Shown here one piece after another: positions 49,349-63,244 of a stretch of 64,000 nt of DNA. This DNA is from Hyphomicrobiales bacterium. GTDB taxonomy: Bacteria; Pseudomonadota; Alphaproteobacteria; Rhizobiales; JAJFHC01. The notes beneath the pieces are model-generated. The model had not been told where the DNA came from. It did no database searches and saw only the letters and a program-made list of their open reading frames with translations. Each line of letters begins with the position of its first letter. The first letter of the stretch is position 1. The DNA is taken from NCBI GenBank assembly GCA_965275905.1, contig CBDHYJ010000078.1, positions 83,773-147,772 on the forward strand. The letters are read 5' to 3'. A program made the position numbers and the translations under genes.

Positions 49349-49373
49349 GCGCCAATCCGGTATGGCGCCAGCC

Positions 49374-50333
49374 TCACCCCTGCCGGTGGTGCAGGATGCG
49401 CCCGATGGTGTTCATGAGAATCTGGGCGGCGAGGATCGCGGTCGAGCCCGTGAGGTCGTAATCCGGCGCGACCTCGACTAGGTCGATGCCGACAATGTCG
49501 CCCTGTTTCGTCAGCCCGTCGATGAGTTCGAGCGCTTCATAATAGAGAAATCCGCCGTGGCTGGGCGTGCCGGTGCCCGGCGCGATGGAGGGGTCGAAGC
49601 CGTCAATGTCGATGGTGAGGTAATAGCGCACGCCTTTCGGTATGCGGTCGAGCACGCCGTCGACGCCGAGCTTGCGGAACTGGCGGACGGAGAGAATGTC
49701 GGAGCCCATGCCGCGGGCGTCCTCGTAGCCTTCGCGCGCGGTCGACGAGACGTTGCGGATGCCGATCTGGGACAGGCCCGTGACGTAGTCCTTCTCCGCT
49801 GCCCGGCGCATCGGGTTGCCGTGGCCGTAGCGCACGCCGTGACGCTCGTCGACGAAGTCGAGATGGGCGTCGATCTGCACGATATGGATGGGCTCCTGTT
49901 CGGAGAAGGCGTTGATGCAGGGAATATTGACCGAGTGATCTCCGCCGAGGACGACCGGGATCGCGCCGGCGGCAAGGATCTTGCGCACGCCAAGCTCGAT
50001 GTTTGCGTGGCTCGTCATCGTGTCGGTATGGACAATATCGGCATCGCCGATGTCGACCACGCTGGTGGTCTCCGCAGGCAGGTAGACGACGTCGTCTTCA
50101 TGGTCGTAGGCGCCGGCGTGGCCGAAGGAGAACAGGGTCGAGGCCTCCCGGATGGCGCGCGGCCCCTGCCGGGCGCCGGCCCGCCACTGGGTGCCGAAGT
50201 CGAACGGCGCGCCGAGAATAGCGACATCGGCATCGATGCTGTCCCAGTCCTGTGCGATCGGGTATTTGCCGAACGTGCACAGGCCGACAAACGGCAGGTT
50301 GAGACGTCCCTGGTCGTAGGTATTGTCGCTCAT
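49374..50333 (-). CDS. speB: Agmatinase-like ureohydrolase
   Basis: GAPFD, GARQGP.AIR, GGDHS, DAHLD, DIDGFDPSIAPGTGTP, DLVEVAP; substrate not determinable from sequence. Confidence 0.85.
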   Translation of the reverse strand: MSDNTYDQGRLNLPFVGLCTFGKYPIAQDWDSIDADVAILGAPFDFGTQWRAGARQGPRAIREASTLFSFGHAGAYDHEDDVVYLPAETTSVVDIGDADIVHTDTMTSHANIELGVRKILAAGAIPVVLGGDHSVNIPCINAFSEQEPIHIVQIDAHLDFVDERHGVRYGHGNPMRRAAEKDYVTGLSQIGIRNVSSTAREGYEDARGMGSDILSVRQFRKLGVDGVLDRIPKGVRYYLTIDIDGFDPSIAPGTGTPSHGGFLYYEALELIDGLTKQGDIVGIDLVEVAPDYDLTGSTAILAAQILMNTIGRILHHRQG

Positions 50334-50516
50334 CGTGTATTCCCCTCGATCTCCCGCACCCGCGATCACTTTGTCACTCCCTGTCTAGCGCCAGACGGGT
50401 GGGAAGGAAATGAAAAGCCTCTCAGGCGGCGTCGCAAGAAAAGTTTCGTCGCCGGTTAACCGTCCATCGCCTCAATACCGGGTGCAGCCGGAATCCGCCC
50501 GGGCAAATGCACCCGC

Positions 50517-51698
50517 TCAGGCCGCCACGGCGGGCGACCCGTTTCGTGCCGGGCCGCCGGACGTGGCACGGGCTGTGGCGGCGTCGAGACCGCTGTAAGT
50601 ACGGTAGCGTGCGAACAGGCGCGGCATGAGACTCCGCGCCAGAGGGCGGAGCAGGGGGTTGCGGTGGGTTACGACATGCTGCAGCGGAACCAGATCGCAC
50701 CCGAGGCGCAGTTTGGGCTTGTACGTCGCCTGGCAGAAGCTCAGCCGCTTTACGCCAGCCGCGATGGCCTGGCGGATGCTCTCATACTGCAGGACAAAAT
50801 AGACACCCGCCTCGTGGGAGCGCTGATAGTCGAAACCGCCACGAAAGCAGACTCCGTGCTTTCCACCGAAGACATTGAGGATGAAACCGACCATTTGCTG
50901 GCCAGAGAAGCAGGCGACGAAGCGGTGGTCTATCCGGCCGTCGCGGGCGATCGCCGAAAAATACTCCGGCGAGAGGCGGTCCAGGCTCAGCTTCGCCCTG
51001 GCGTGGACCGTCTCATAGAGGTGCCGGATTTCCGGTGCGTATCCGTCGAAATCCTGGATCGTCTCGATCCGGAGGTCCTTGCATCTGTCGTACGCCCGGA
51101 TCCGCTTGCGTATGTTGCGTCGCATATTGGCCGAGCGCGAGTCCACAAAAGCTTCGAAGTCGGGATAATCGATACCGAGCGAGGCGTCAGGCAGGCCGTC
51201 AACTGCGAAGAATCGCGGGTCGTCGAGCCCCGTGATCAGGGATTGAGAACGTCCCGGCGTGAAGTCCTTGAAAAACACCCAGGACAGCCGGTGGTGCTTG
51301 GCGCGCTGCTCGACGATTTCCGCCAGATGGGCCGCGGCCGCGGCCTCGACAGGGCTTTCCGAAAGGATCATGCCCTCTCCGAGAGGATTGCCGGCGAAAT
51401 AGACCGAAAGGCTGACTGCACGCGGCACGAGGCGTCTGATCCGGTCGAGCGTGCGATCGATCGCGGGGTGAGATGCGGTCGGCAGCGGCATCGCGCGATA
51501 CCAGAAGGTCGGCAGGATGGCGATGATCGCGCCCTTGCGGCACAGAAGGAGGTACTCAAACCCGTCCGGGCCGGACCCGTTCTGCTCCATGATCCGGAAA
51601 TGCGACCAACTCCAGAGCGGGTCATCCGGGGGCGCCATGGTGTTCCAGATTTCTCTCGGGATCGCCGAGACGCTGGAGACGACCTCACAGTGATACAT
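50517..51698 (-). CDS. FemAB-like double-GNAT-fold protein (start uncertain, 51698-51731)
   Basis: FKDF, DFEAFV...NMRRNIRK, LYETV, YFVLQYESIRQAI, TYKPKLRLG. Confidence 0.75.
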   Translation of the reverse strand: MYHCEVVSSVSAIPREIWNTMAPPDDPLWSWSHFRIMEQNGSGPDGFEYLLLCRKGAIIAILPTFWYRAMPLPTASHPAIDRTLDRIRRLVPRAVSLSVYFAGNPLGEGMILSESPVEAAAAAHLAEIVEQRAKHHRLSWVFFKDFTPGRSQSLITGLDDPRFFAVDGLPDASLGIDYPDFEAFVDSRSANMRRNIRKRIRAYDRCKDLRIETIQDFDGYAPEIRHLYETVHARAKLSLDRLSPEYFSAIARDGRIDHRFVACFSGQQMVGFILNVFGGKHGVCFRGGFDYQRSHEAGVYFVLQYESIRQAIAAGVKRLSFCQATYKPKLRLGCDLVPLQHVVTHRNPLLRPLARSLMPRLFARYRTYSGLDAATARATSGGPARNGSPAVAA

Positions 51699-52809
51699 GC
51701 GACCGGTCCCGTTCGGCATTGAATGGAGCAAGACGGCCCGGCCGCGCCTTTGGTTTGGCCGCGACCGCGCCGGCTGCGCTCCGGGTCATCTCCGCCCAGT
51801 AAAGAACGCTGCGGATGAACGCGGTCTTCAGCAGGTTGCTGTCCAGCGTTCTGGGAAGCAGCGCCGTGTCGCCGGACGACGAGGGCAGGGGGTTCTGCAC
51901 CGAAAGGTATTTGCCGTAGGCCTCAAGCTGCATCAGTGCGGAGCGGACAGCCGGGAGCAGGTTGCGTCTGTTTTTCCGGCCGGTATAGGGGTCGCCTGCA
52001 CCGCCCGGAGGGACCAGGTGAGGCTGCATGATGCGTTCTCCCGTGTAGGCGGAGACCGTCCGGACAGCCGTCGTGATCAAGGCTTCCAACATCGGCGCGT
52101 GACGGCCCGCGGTGAGCCAGAACTCGCCCTCGCGCACGTCCGACAGCAGGAGGCCGGCGATCGCTTCGGCAACAAAGTCCTGCGGAATGATGTCGACACG
52201 GCCATCGGGCGATGCCGGCAGGACCGGGAGATGGCCGCTCAGAATGAGGCCGAGGACATGGTAGAAGCCCTGAAAGCCAGTCGTGACGCCGGTTCTGGAA
52301 TCGCCGATGACGATCGACGGACGGACGATCGAAACGGGCAGTCCGCTGTCGCGCACGACCCGTTCCGCCGACTGTTTGGATCGCTCGTAGGCGTTGAACC
52401 CGTCACCCGCAGGATGCGCGCTGACGGGGTGCACGAAGGCTGTGCTGACATAGACCGTCGAGGCGGTTGAACGGTCGGCCAGATCGAGCAGGTTGCGTGT
52501 GCCGCCGACGTTGATCTGATCGAGCTCTTCGGCGCTGGCGGTAAAGTTCGTGCTGGCGGCACTGTGTATGATCCAGCCGATCCGCCTGGACAGACGGTCG
52601 AATTCGTGTTGCGAGAGGCCGAGCATCGGCTTGCGGATGTCACCTCTCACGGTTTCGACCCGGGGGGCGCCGACCGGCTGGTGATGGGTGAGACAGATCA
52701 CATCCTCCCGCGGCAGCCGCTTGAGAAGAGCCTGTCCGACGACACCGCTTGCGCCGGTGATGAAGATCTTTCCGCGTGCGCCGAAGCGTTGCGCGCCCAC
52801 CAGATTCAT
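51685..52809 (-). CDS. Extended SDR, thioester-reductase/fatty-acyl-reductase-like
   Basis: [49 protein letters not shown]. Confidence 0.85.
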   Translation of the reverse strand: MNLVGAQRFGARGKIFITGASGVVGQALLKRLPREDVICLTHHQPVGAPRVETVRGDIRKPMLGLSQHEFDRLSRRIGWIIHSAASTNFTASAEELDQINVGGTRNLLDLADRSTASTVYVSTAFVHPVSAHPAGDGFNAYERSKQSAERVVRDSGLPVSIVRPSIVIGDSRTGVTTGFQGFYHVLGLILSGHLPVLPASPDGRVDIIPQDFVAEAIAGLLLSDVREGEFWLTAGRHAPMLEALITTAVRTVSAYTGERIMQPHLVPPGGAGDPYTGRKNRRNLLPAVRSALMQLEAYGKYLSVQNPLPSSSGDTALLPRTLDSNLLKTAFIRSVLYWAEMTRSAAGAVAAKPKARPGRLAPFNAERDRSHVSL

Positions 52810-53034
52810 AGGGAATCCCCTTCATTGCTGGACGTCCCGGCGGGACATCCGGTTGGGAATGAAACTGCTCCTGTCCTGTTGAATTGGCGGCAGCCGCGAA
52901 CACGTTCAAATAACGTTTCATTGACACGGCGTGAGGCACTTCGTGAGCGCGACCGAGCGGATTGCGGGCGGAATTGCGATCGGTTAGAAGAAGCCACTCT
53001 TTCCCATATTCACGTTTCAGGAACAGGAACTCGA

Positions 53035-54717
53035 ATGGCGTCGTATCAATACGTCTATGTGATGGACCGGCTGTCGAAAACCTATGCCGGCGGCAAGCAG
53101 GTCCTCAAGGACATCAGGCTGTCCTTTTTCCCCGGAGCCAAGATCGGCGTCGTGGGCGTCAACGGCGCGGGCAAATCCACGCTGCTGCGGATCATGGCTG
53201 GCGAGGAAAAGGAATTTCAGGGCGAGGCCTGGGCAGCCGACGGCGCCAAGGTCGGCTATCTGGCCCAGGAGCCGGTGCTGGATCCGGAAAAGGACGTGCG
53301 CGGAAACGTCATGGAGGGCGTTGCTGAAACGCAGGCGCTGATCGACCGCTACAATGAAAACTGGGTCCGCCTCGGCGAAGCGGCGGATGCGGCGGAAGAA
53401 GAGGCCATCAACAACGAGCAGGCCGAGCTGCAGGACAAGATCGAGGCGCTCGGCGCCTGGGATCTCGACAGCCAGGTCGAAATGGCGATGGACGCACTGC
53501 GCTGCCCGGATGGCGACGCCGATGTCACCAAGCTGTCCGGCGGCGAACGCAGGCGCGTGGCGCTGTGCCGGCTGCTGCTGGCCAAGCCCGACCTGCTGCT
53601 GCTTGACGAGCCGACCAACCATCTGGATGCGGAATCCGTGGCCTGGCTCGAGCACTACCTCTCGGCCTACGCCGGGACCGTCGTGCTGGTCACGCACGAC
53701 CGCTATTTCCTCGACAATGTCACCGGCTGGATCCTGGAACTGGACCGCGGGCAGGGCGTGCCCTACGAGGGCAACTATTCGTCCTGGCTGGAACAGAAGC
53801 AGAAGCGGCTGGAAGTCGAGGGGCGCCAGGAAGAGGCCCGCCAGCGCACGCTTGCGCGGGAGCTCGAGTGGATCCGCTCAAGCCCGAAGGCGCGCCAGGC
53901 CAAGTCCAAGGCCAGAATCAGCGCCTATGACGAGCTGCTGGCCGAGGCCGGCAAGCAGCAGGAGGGCCGCGCGCAGATCGTGATCCCAGCCGGGCCGCGT
54001 CTGGGCGGCAACGTCATCGAGGCGGAGGGGCTCTCCAAGGCGTTCGGCGAAAAGCTGTTGATCGACGACCTGTCATTCCGTTTGCCGCCGGGCGGCATCG
54101 TCGGCGTGATCGGGCCGAACGGCGCGGGCAAGACCACCCTGTTCCGGATGCTGACGGGTCAGGAGGAGCCGGATGCCGGTACGCTCAGCACCGGTGAGAC
54201 GGTGGTGCTCGGTTATGTCGACCAGAGCCGTGACGACCTCGATCCGAACCATACGGTCTGGGAAGAGATCTCAGGGGGGACCGATGTCATCAAGCTCGGT
54301 ACCCGCGAGCAGTCGAGCCGGGCCTATGTGGGCGCCTTCAACTTCAGGGGCGGGGACCAGCAGAAGAAGGTCGGCCTGCTGTCCGGCGGCGAGCGCAACC
54401 GGGTCCATCTGGCCAAGATGCTGAAATCCGGTGCCAATCTGCTGCTGCTCGACGAACCGACCAACGACCTCGATGTCGATACCCTGCGCGCGCTTGAAGA
54501 CGGTCTCACGAATTTCGCCGGCTGTGCCGTGGTCATCAGCCACGACCGCTGGTTTCTGGACCGGATCGCCACCCATATGCTGGCTTTCGAAGGCGACAGC
54601 CATGTCGAATGGTTCGAGGGCAACTACGAGGACTACGAAGCCGACCGCAAGCGCCGGCTGGGTCCGGAGGCCGAAGTGCCCCAGCGAATCAAGTACAAGC
54701 GGTTCAGCCGCGCCTGA
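53035..54717 (+). CDS. ettA: Energy-dependent translational throttle ABC-F protein
   Basis: [10 protein letters not shown], two ABC domains, [24 protein letters not shown]. Confidence 0.96.
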   Translation: MASYQYVYVMDRLSKTYAGGKQVLKDIRLSFFPGAKIGVVGVNGAGKSTLLRIMAGEEKEFQGEAWAADGAKVGYLAQEPVLDPEKDVRGNVMEGVAETQALIDRYNENWVRLGEAADAAEEEAINNEQAELQDKIEALGAWDLDSQVEMAMDALRCPDGDADVTKLSGGERRRVALCRLLLAKPDLLLLDEPTNHLDAESVAWLEHYLSAYAGTVVLVTHDRYFLDNVTGWILELDRGQGVPYEGNYSSWLEQKQKRLEVEGRQEEARQRTLARELEWIRSSPKARQAKSKARISAYDELLAEAGKQQEGRAQIVIPAGPRLGGNVIEAEGLSKAFGEKLLIDDLSFRLPPGGIVGVIGPNGAGKTTLFRMLTGQEEPDAGTLSTGETVVLGYVDQSRDDLDPNHTVWEEISGGTDVIKLGTREQSSRAYVGAFNFRGGDQQKKVGLLSGGERNRVHLAKMLKSGANLLLLDEPTNDLDVDTLRALEDGLTNFAGCAVVISHDRWFLDRIATHMLAFEGDSHVEWFEGNYEDYEADRKRRLGPEAEVPQRIKYKRFSRA

Positions 54718-54741
54718 TCTTTCGAAAGGCCCGGCAAACAG

Positions 54742-54768
54742 AAAGGGCGCCCGGAAGGGCGCCCTTTT
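54742..54768. terminator. Rho-independent, probably bidirectional terminator between ettA and mlaC
   Basis: AAAGGGCGCCC-GGAA-GGGCGCCCTTTT. Confidence 0.9.
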
Positions 54769-54814
54769 GCTTTAAGACCGGATAGGCGTCCGGACTCGGG
54801 TGTGTTCCCGATTG

Positions 54815-55435
54815 TCAGCCCTTGCCGCGCATGTAATTCAGCAGGGCGTCGACATTGCCGTTATTGCGGCGGATAACGGACGTAAATTCATCGCGTTGCG
54901 CCTTGATCATCGAGACACCCGAAACCAGGATGTCGATAACCTTGAAGCTGCCGCCCTTGCGGCGCAGACGCCAGGAAATGGCGAGGTCGGGGCGGCCGTC
55001 CGTGAATTTGACCTTCGACTTGACGAGCTCTTCGTTGTTGCCGCGCTTGCGGCTGCTGCTGATCTCGACCCTGTCCACGGCCGCGTCGGTCATGCGGCGG
55101 AGGAAAACGCGCGATACGTAAGGCCGGATAAGACGGAAATACTGTGACTTCTGCGAGCCGCTGATTTTTCTCGAGTACTTGCCGAGAGCGAACGTTCCGA
55201 TGGCCCTGATGTCGGCATTGCTCGTAAACACGGACGCGAATTTGCGGGTCTTCTGAGATGCGGAGCCGCCGCCTTTGATGGTCGCCACGACCTTGTTGGC
55301 GATGCCCTGAACGAACCGTTCGCCGGCGGCTGAGGCGTTTGCCGAATCGGCGGTCGCAACAGCGACGATCAGTCCAATAGCAAGGGTCAGCACCGAGAAA
55401 GCCGGAACACGGCCCCATGAGCGCACGTTTGTCAT
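54815..55435 (-). CDS. mlaC: MlaC/Ttg2D phospholipid-binding periplasmic protein
   Basis: Signal peptide; FALGKY, W.L......KVIDILVSGVSM...QRDEF; next to mlaA. Confidence 0.9.
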   Translation of the reverse strand: MTNVRSWGRVPAFSVLTLAIGLIVAVATADSANASAAGERFVQGIANKVVATIKGGGSASQKTRKFASVFTSNADIRAIGTFALGKYSRKISGSQKSQYFRLIRPYVSRVFLRRMTDAAVDRVEISSSRKRGNNEELVKSKVKFTDGRPDLAISWRLRRKGGSFKVIDILVSGVSMIKAQRDEFTSVIRRNNGNVDALLNYMRGKG

Positions 55436-55503
55436 GAGAACTCCCTGTTACAGTTTTTGAGAGGCTTGCTGTCCGCCCGGAAAGCCGGGCGCGCGATGCG
55501 CCA

Positions 55504-56466
55504 TCAACCGCCTACGTCAGGAATGTCGGGAAGATCGTCTTCGGATTCCTCGCCATTGCGAATCTCAGCCTCGCGATTCTGCGTATAGAGGCTTCGGATC
55601 GAGACGTAGTAGTCCGGTGAAGTTTCCCGTATCGCGTCGAGCGATTCAAGCGATTCCGAACGGGCGTGGACAACCGACACGGCTCCAGGCGTGAGCCGCA
55701 CAAGGGTTTCCTCGTCAGCCAGCAGCCAGAACCAGGGGTTGGCGAACAGATCGACGACCCGGCCAACCGCGTGGCGCGGCGAGGACGGCCCGAGGATCGG
55801 CAGCACCAGATAGGGCCCTGACGGAACACCGTAAACGGCGAGGGTCTGGCCGAAGTCTTCGGTATGGCGCTGGTAACCGACATGCTGAGCAACATCGGCG
55901 AGTCCGCCAATGCCGGCGGTCGAGTTGAGCATGAAGCGGACGATCGTGTTCTCCGCACGCAGCCATTCGCCCTGAAGCAGGTCGTTGGCCAGCGTGATAG
56001 GCGTCGCCACGTTCGAGAGGAAATTGCCGATGCCGCGCCGGACGAATGTCGGCAGCACTGTCTTGTAGACTGTAGCAATCGGACGAATGATGACGACGTC
56101 GAGCCCGTCATTGACCGCGAAGATTACGCGGTTGATCGGCTCAAGCGGGTCGTTGTCGAATTCTTCTGCCGATTCGTCGGCGCGGTCCTGCACCGGCGTG
56201 ATGATCACGCGGCTGGCGGGTTCGATGCGCACCTTCTTCGGCTGCTGAACCTTGGCTTCGCTCAACTTGCCTACAGACCGCTCCTGCGCCGGAACGATGT
56301 TGATCGGCGCACCGATTCTCTTCTTCTCCGCCGCATCGGCGATGCCGCTCAGTCCAGCCGCAGCAATGCCAGCCAGGAGTGCGGTTCCGGCGACATGCCT
56401 GCGAAGCGACTTCGTCGTCGCGGCAATCCGGCGCGGAAGTACGTTTTTATTGGAGATCTCGCTCAT
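55504..56466 (-). CDS. mlaA: MlaA/VacJ-family protein with N-terminal extension
   Basis: DPLEPINR, NDLLQG, RFMLNST.GIGG, EDFGQTL, GPYLVLPILGPSSPR, Y...RSLY.QNR. Confidence 0.93.
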   Translation of the reverse strand: MSEISNKNVLPRRIAATTKSLRRHVAGTALLAGIAAAGLSGIADAAEKKRIGAPINIVPAQERSVGKLSEAKVQQPKKVRIEPASRVIITPVQDRADESAEEFDNDPLEPINRVIFAVNDGLDVVIIRPIATVYKTVLPTFVRRGIGNFLSNVATPITLANDLLQGEWLRAENTIVRFMLNSTAGIGGLADVAQHVGYQRHTEDFGQTLAVYGVPSGPYLVLPILGPSSPRHAVGRVVDLFANPWFWLLADEETLVRLTPGAVSVVHARSESLESLDAIRETSPDYYVSIRSLYTQNREAEIRNGEESEDDLPDIPDVGG

Positions 56467-56847
56467 TGAGTGTGACGGTCCGTTTTATTTTCCCAGCAGT
56501 TCCGCGCAACGCAATCAAGGTTAACAAACATTCGCACGAGGGGGGCTAACGCTCCGTTAACTGACCCGGCATGACTGGCCGGTTGCGTCTTACCATCCCC
56601 GTTTCACTTCACCGGCGTCGCCGGAGCAACTCTTTACTCACACCACTCACTTTCAAGCCAGAGATTTCTGACCGAGCCTAACCAATCCGCAGGCCCTTTG
56701 ATCCCTTTAACAACGGCCAATAAATACCACAACGGCCAGCGACTACCACCAAATCATCACGATTCCGGTTCGATTCGAAACACCAATTTCCGCAGGTGTC
56801 ACTATTTTGCCACGTAAACTTCCGTCCTTGCCTTCGGAAATAGAATA

Positions 56848-56867
56848 ATATAAAGATATGTTTATAT
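56848..56867. promoter_or_regulatory. Putative SahR operator
   Basis: Palindrome ATATAAAGATATGTTTATAT immediately upstream of sahR-metF-metH. Confidence 0.75.
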
Positions 56868-56924
56868 CGTTCTTCATGTTGAACGTGTTCCGGGCCTGAG
56901 ATTTGCGAATCGGCGGATACGAGA

Positions 56925-57920
56925 ATGGACCATTTGCTTACTGGACTGCGCGCCGCGGGAGAAAAGACCCGCCTTCGTTTGCTTTTCGTACTGTCGCACG
57001 GGGAGCTGAACGTCAAGGAACTGACCCAGATCCTCGGTCAAAGCCAGCCGCGCGTGAGCCGGCACCTCAAGCTGTTGTGCGAGGCGGGTCTTCTGGAACG
57101 GCACAGGGAGGGCAGTTGGGTTCTTTTCAGACTGGCGGATACCGGCGCGCCCGGGGCACTCGCGCGGACGATCGTAAACCTTGTTCCGGGTGACGACGCC
57201 TCTGTCCGCAGGGATATCCAGCGTCTCGAGGCGGTCCGCGAATCGCGCAATCGCCGCGCCGCGGAGTATTTCACGGCGAACGCGGCGCGCTGGGACAAGA
57301 TCAGGTCACTGCATGTCGCCGAGGATGACGTCGAGACGGCCATGCTCGATGCGCTGGGAGACGATCACATCGAAACCCTTCTCGATCTCGGAACCGGCAC
57401 CGGCCGCGTCCTGGAACTGTTCGCCGACCGGGTCGACTACGGGATCGGGATCGATTTCAGCCAGGAGATGCTGACCTACGCCAGGGCCAAGCTCGAAAAG
57501 GCCGGCTTGAATCACTGCCAGGTCCGTCACGGCGACCTTTTCCATCTGCCCTATGACAGCGAATCGAAAGACACCATAACGATCCACCAGGTGCTTCATT
57601 ACCTGGACGATCCGCTGGCCGCCCTGCAGGAAGCGGCAAGAGTCCTGAAGCCGGGCGGGCGCCTGTTGGTCGTCGACTTTGCCCCGCACGAACTCGAATT
57701 CCTCCGCGAAGAGCACGCTCACCGGCGGCTTGGCATTTCGGCCGGCCAGATGGAGAGCTGGATTGAGGATGCGGGATTGAAACTCGTGTCGCAGGACGCC
57801 TTGCCGCCGACCGGGGGCGCCAAAGAAGAGGGGCTTACCGTGTCCATCTGGCTCGCCGAGCAGGCTCACGCCGGAAGCGGTCGCGGAAACGTCAAATCCA
57901 ATCGTGCGGAGAACGCCTGA
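56925..57920 (+). CDS. sahR: ArsR HTH plus methyltransferase-domain regulator of methionine/SAM genes
   Basis: QSQPRVSRHLKLL, REGSW; LDLGTGTG, HQVLHY, HAHRRLG; leads metF-metH. Confidence 0.88.
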   Translation: MDHLLTGLRAAGEKTRLRLLFVLSHGELNVKELTQILGQSQPRVSRHLKLLCEAGLLERHREGSWVLFRLADTGAPGALARTIVNLVPGDDASVRRDIQRLEAVRESRNRRAAEYFTANAARWDKIRSLHVAEDDVETAMLDALGDDHIETLLDLGTGTGRVLELFADRVDYGIGIDFSQEMLTYARAKLEKAGLNHCQVRHGDLFHLPYDSESKDTITIHQVLHYLDDPLAALQEAARVLKPGGRLLVVDFAPHELEFLREEHAHRRLGISAGQMESWIEDAGLKLVSQDALPPTGGAKEEGLTVSIWLAEQAHAGSGRGNVKSNRAENA

Positions 57921-58845
57921 TGCATCTTGTTGAGTCCGGAGCCGTAAAGCGTACCGAGGCCGGCGGTAATAAGGAGACCGAGGACGGCGTCAGGGTGTCG
58001 TTCGAATTCTTTCCACCCAAGACCGGGCAGATGGAAGAAGCGCTCTGGGCCGCGATCAAGCGGCTGGAGCCCGTGGGGCCGGAGTTCGTGTCCGTAACGT
58101 ACGGAGCGGGCGGCAGCACGCGGGAACGCACGCATGCGACTGTGAAGCGGATTCTTGACGAGACGTCTCTCGTTCCGGCGGCCCACCTGACCTGCGTCGA
58201 CGCTTCACGCAGCGAGGTCGACGACGTGATCGCGGCCTATGCCGATGCCGGCGTGAAACACATCGTGGCGCTGCGCGGAGATCCGTCGGCCGGCATCGAT
58301 GCGGGATACCGTCCGCATGAGAGCGGGTATCAGACCACCGCGGAACTGGTCGCCGGGATCCGGTCAGCCGGCAATTTCGATGTCAGCGTTGCCGCCTATC
58401 CCGAGAAACATCCGGAGTCGCCGTCCTTCGAAGTCGATCTCGCGATCCTGCGCGAAAAGGTTGAAGCCGGTGCCACCCGGGCGATCACACAGTTCTTTTT
58501 CGATAACGACGCCTATTTCCGCTACATCGACAAGGTGCGGGCGCGCGGCATAGACATTCCGGTTGTTCCGGGCCTGTTGCCGATCAGCAATATCCGAAGC
58601 GTGCAATCCTTCGCCCGGAAGTGCGGTGCGACGCTCTCGCCCAAACTGCTGGCACGTTTCGAGGGGCTCGACGACGATCCGGAAACCAGACTTCTGGTCG
58701 GCGCGGCGGTTGCGGCCGAACAGGTCAGCGCCCTGGTCGATCAGGGCGTGGACGAGTTTCACTTCTATACGCTCAACCGCGCCGAGCTCGTCTATGCGAT
58801 CTGCCGGATGCTGGGTCTTGGGGCTCCGAAGGCGCAGATTGCGGC

Positions 58846-58849
<4 letters not shown>
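57920..58849 (+). CDS. metF: 5,10-methylenetetrahydrofolate reductase
   Basis: [44 protein letters not shown]. Confidence 0.97.
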
Positions 58850-62588
<3,739 letters not shown>

Positions 62589-62625
62589 TCCGCCCGACGC
62601 TTCCGGACTCATCGCCGGATTTGGC

Positions 62626-62655
62626 AAAAGAAAAACCCGGCCGCCGGCCGGGTTT
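62626..62655. terminator. Rho-independent terminator between metH and the small ORF (longer U tract on the - strand)
   Basis: AAAAGAAAAA-CCCGGCC-GCC-GGCCGGG-TTT. Confidence 0.85.
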
Positions 62656-62705
62656 GTAAGTTCTGTATATCTTTTGGTGTGGTGTACGTTACGAAGGGGA
62701 CCGAA

Positions 62706-62789
62706 TCAGATCATCCCGATGATCAATGCGCCGACAAAACCAAACGCTGCGATAGCTGCCAGCGCATTCAGTTTTTGTTGAAGCGTCAT
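62706..62789 (-). CDS. 27-aa single-pass small membrane protein (MTLQQKLNALAAIAAFGFVGALIIGMI)
   Basis: AGGAGG RBS shortly upstream of ATG, one hydrophobic helix, downstream terminator. Confidence 0.7.
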   Translation of the reverse strand: MTLQQKLNALAAIAAFGFVGALIIGMI

Positions 62790-63244
62790 GGAAAAGCCTC
62801 CTCTTCCTGCACCTCGTATTATTGAGTCTAAGCGTAAATATTGGCGAGAATTAACTAAAATCGACGCTGCGTCGCACCATTGGTGTGCAATGCAACATTG
62901 CGCGCGCGGTAAGCTCTTGAAACGCCCAAAATAATAGTCATCGTCGATCAATAGCAGACCGGTTCAGGCGTTGCGGATAATTGCTCCGGCTCCGGTCGGG
63001 CGCCGGTCCATTGTGGCGAGATTGTGTTGACCCGGATCCGGTTGCGCCACCTGATGCGCCCGCTCCGGCTATCGCGCCAAAATTCCTGTCTTGATCGATC
63101 AGATACACTTAAGCCTTTGATATTTCACATATTTTTCTTATGCAAAAACATTGTTCAAATGCACAATGTTTTACCACTCCTTAATCAAAAGCGGCGATGG
63201 TATTGGCGGGGACCATTCCCCATGGAGAGAGTGAAGGGCTAGGC

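Noticed and set aside
56546..56561. CtrA box upstream of mlaA (CTAA-N7-TTAAC)
   Set aside because: One mismatch in a short motif; too weak without conservation data
56470..56920. SAM or cobalamin riboswitch before the met operon, and ORF 56678-57016
   Set aside because: No riboswitch consensus seen; regulation is explained by the SahR-type palindrome; the ORF has no coding features
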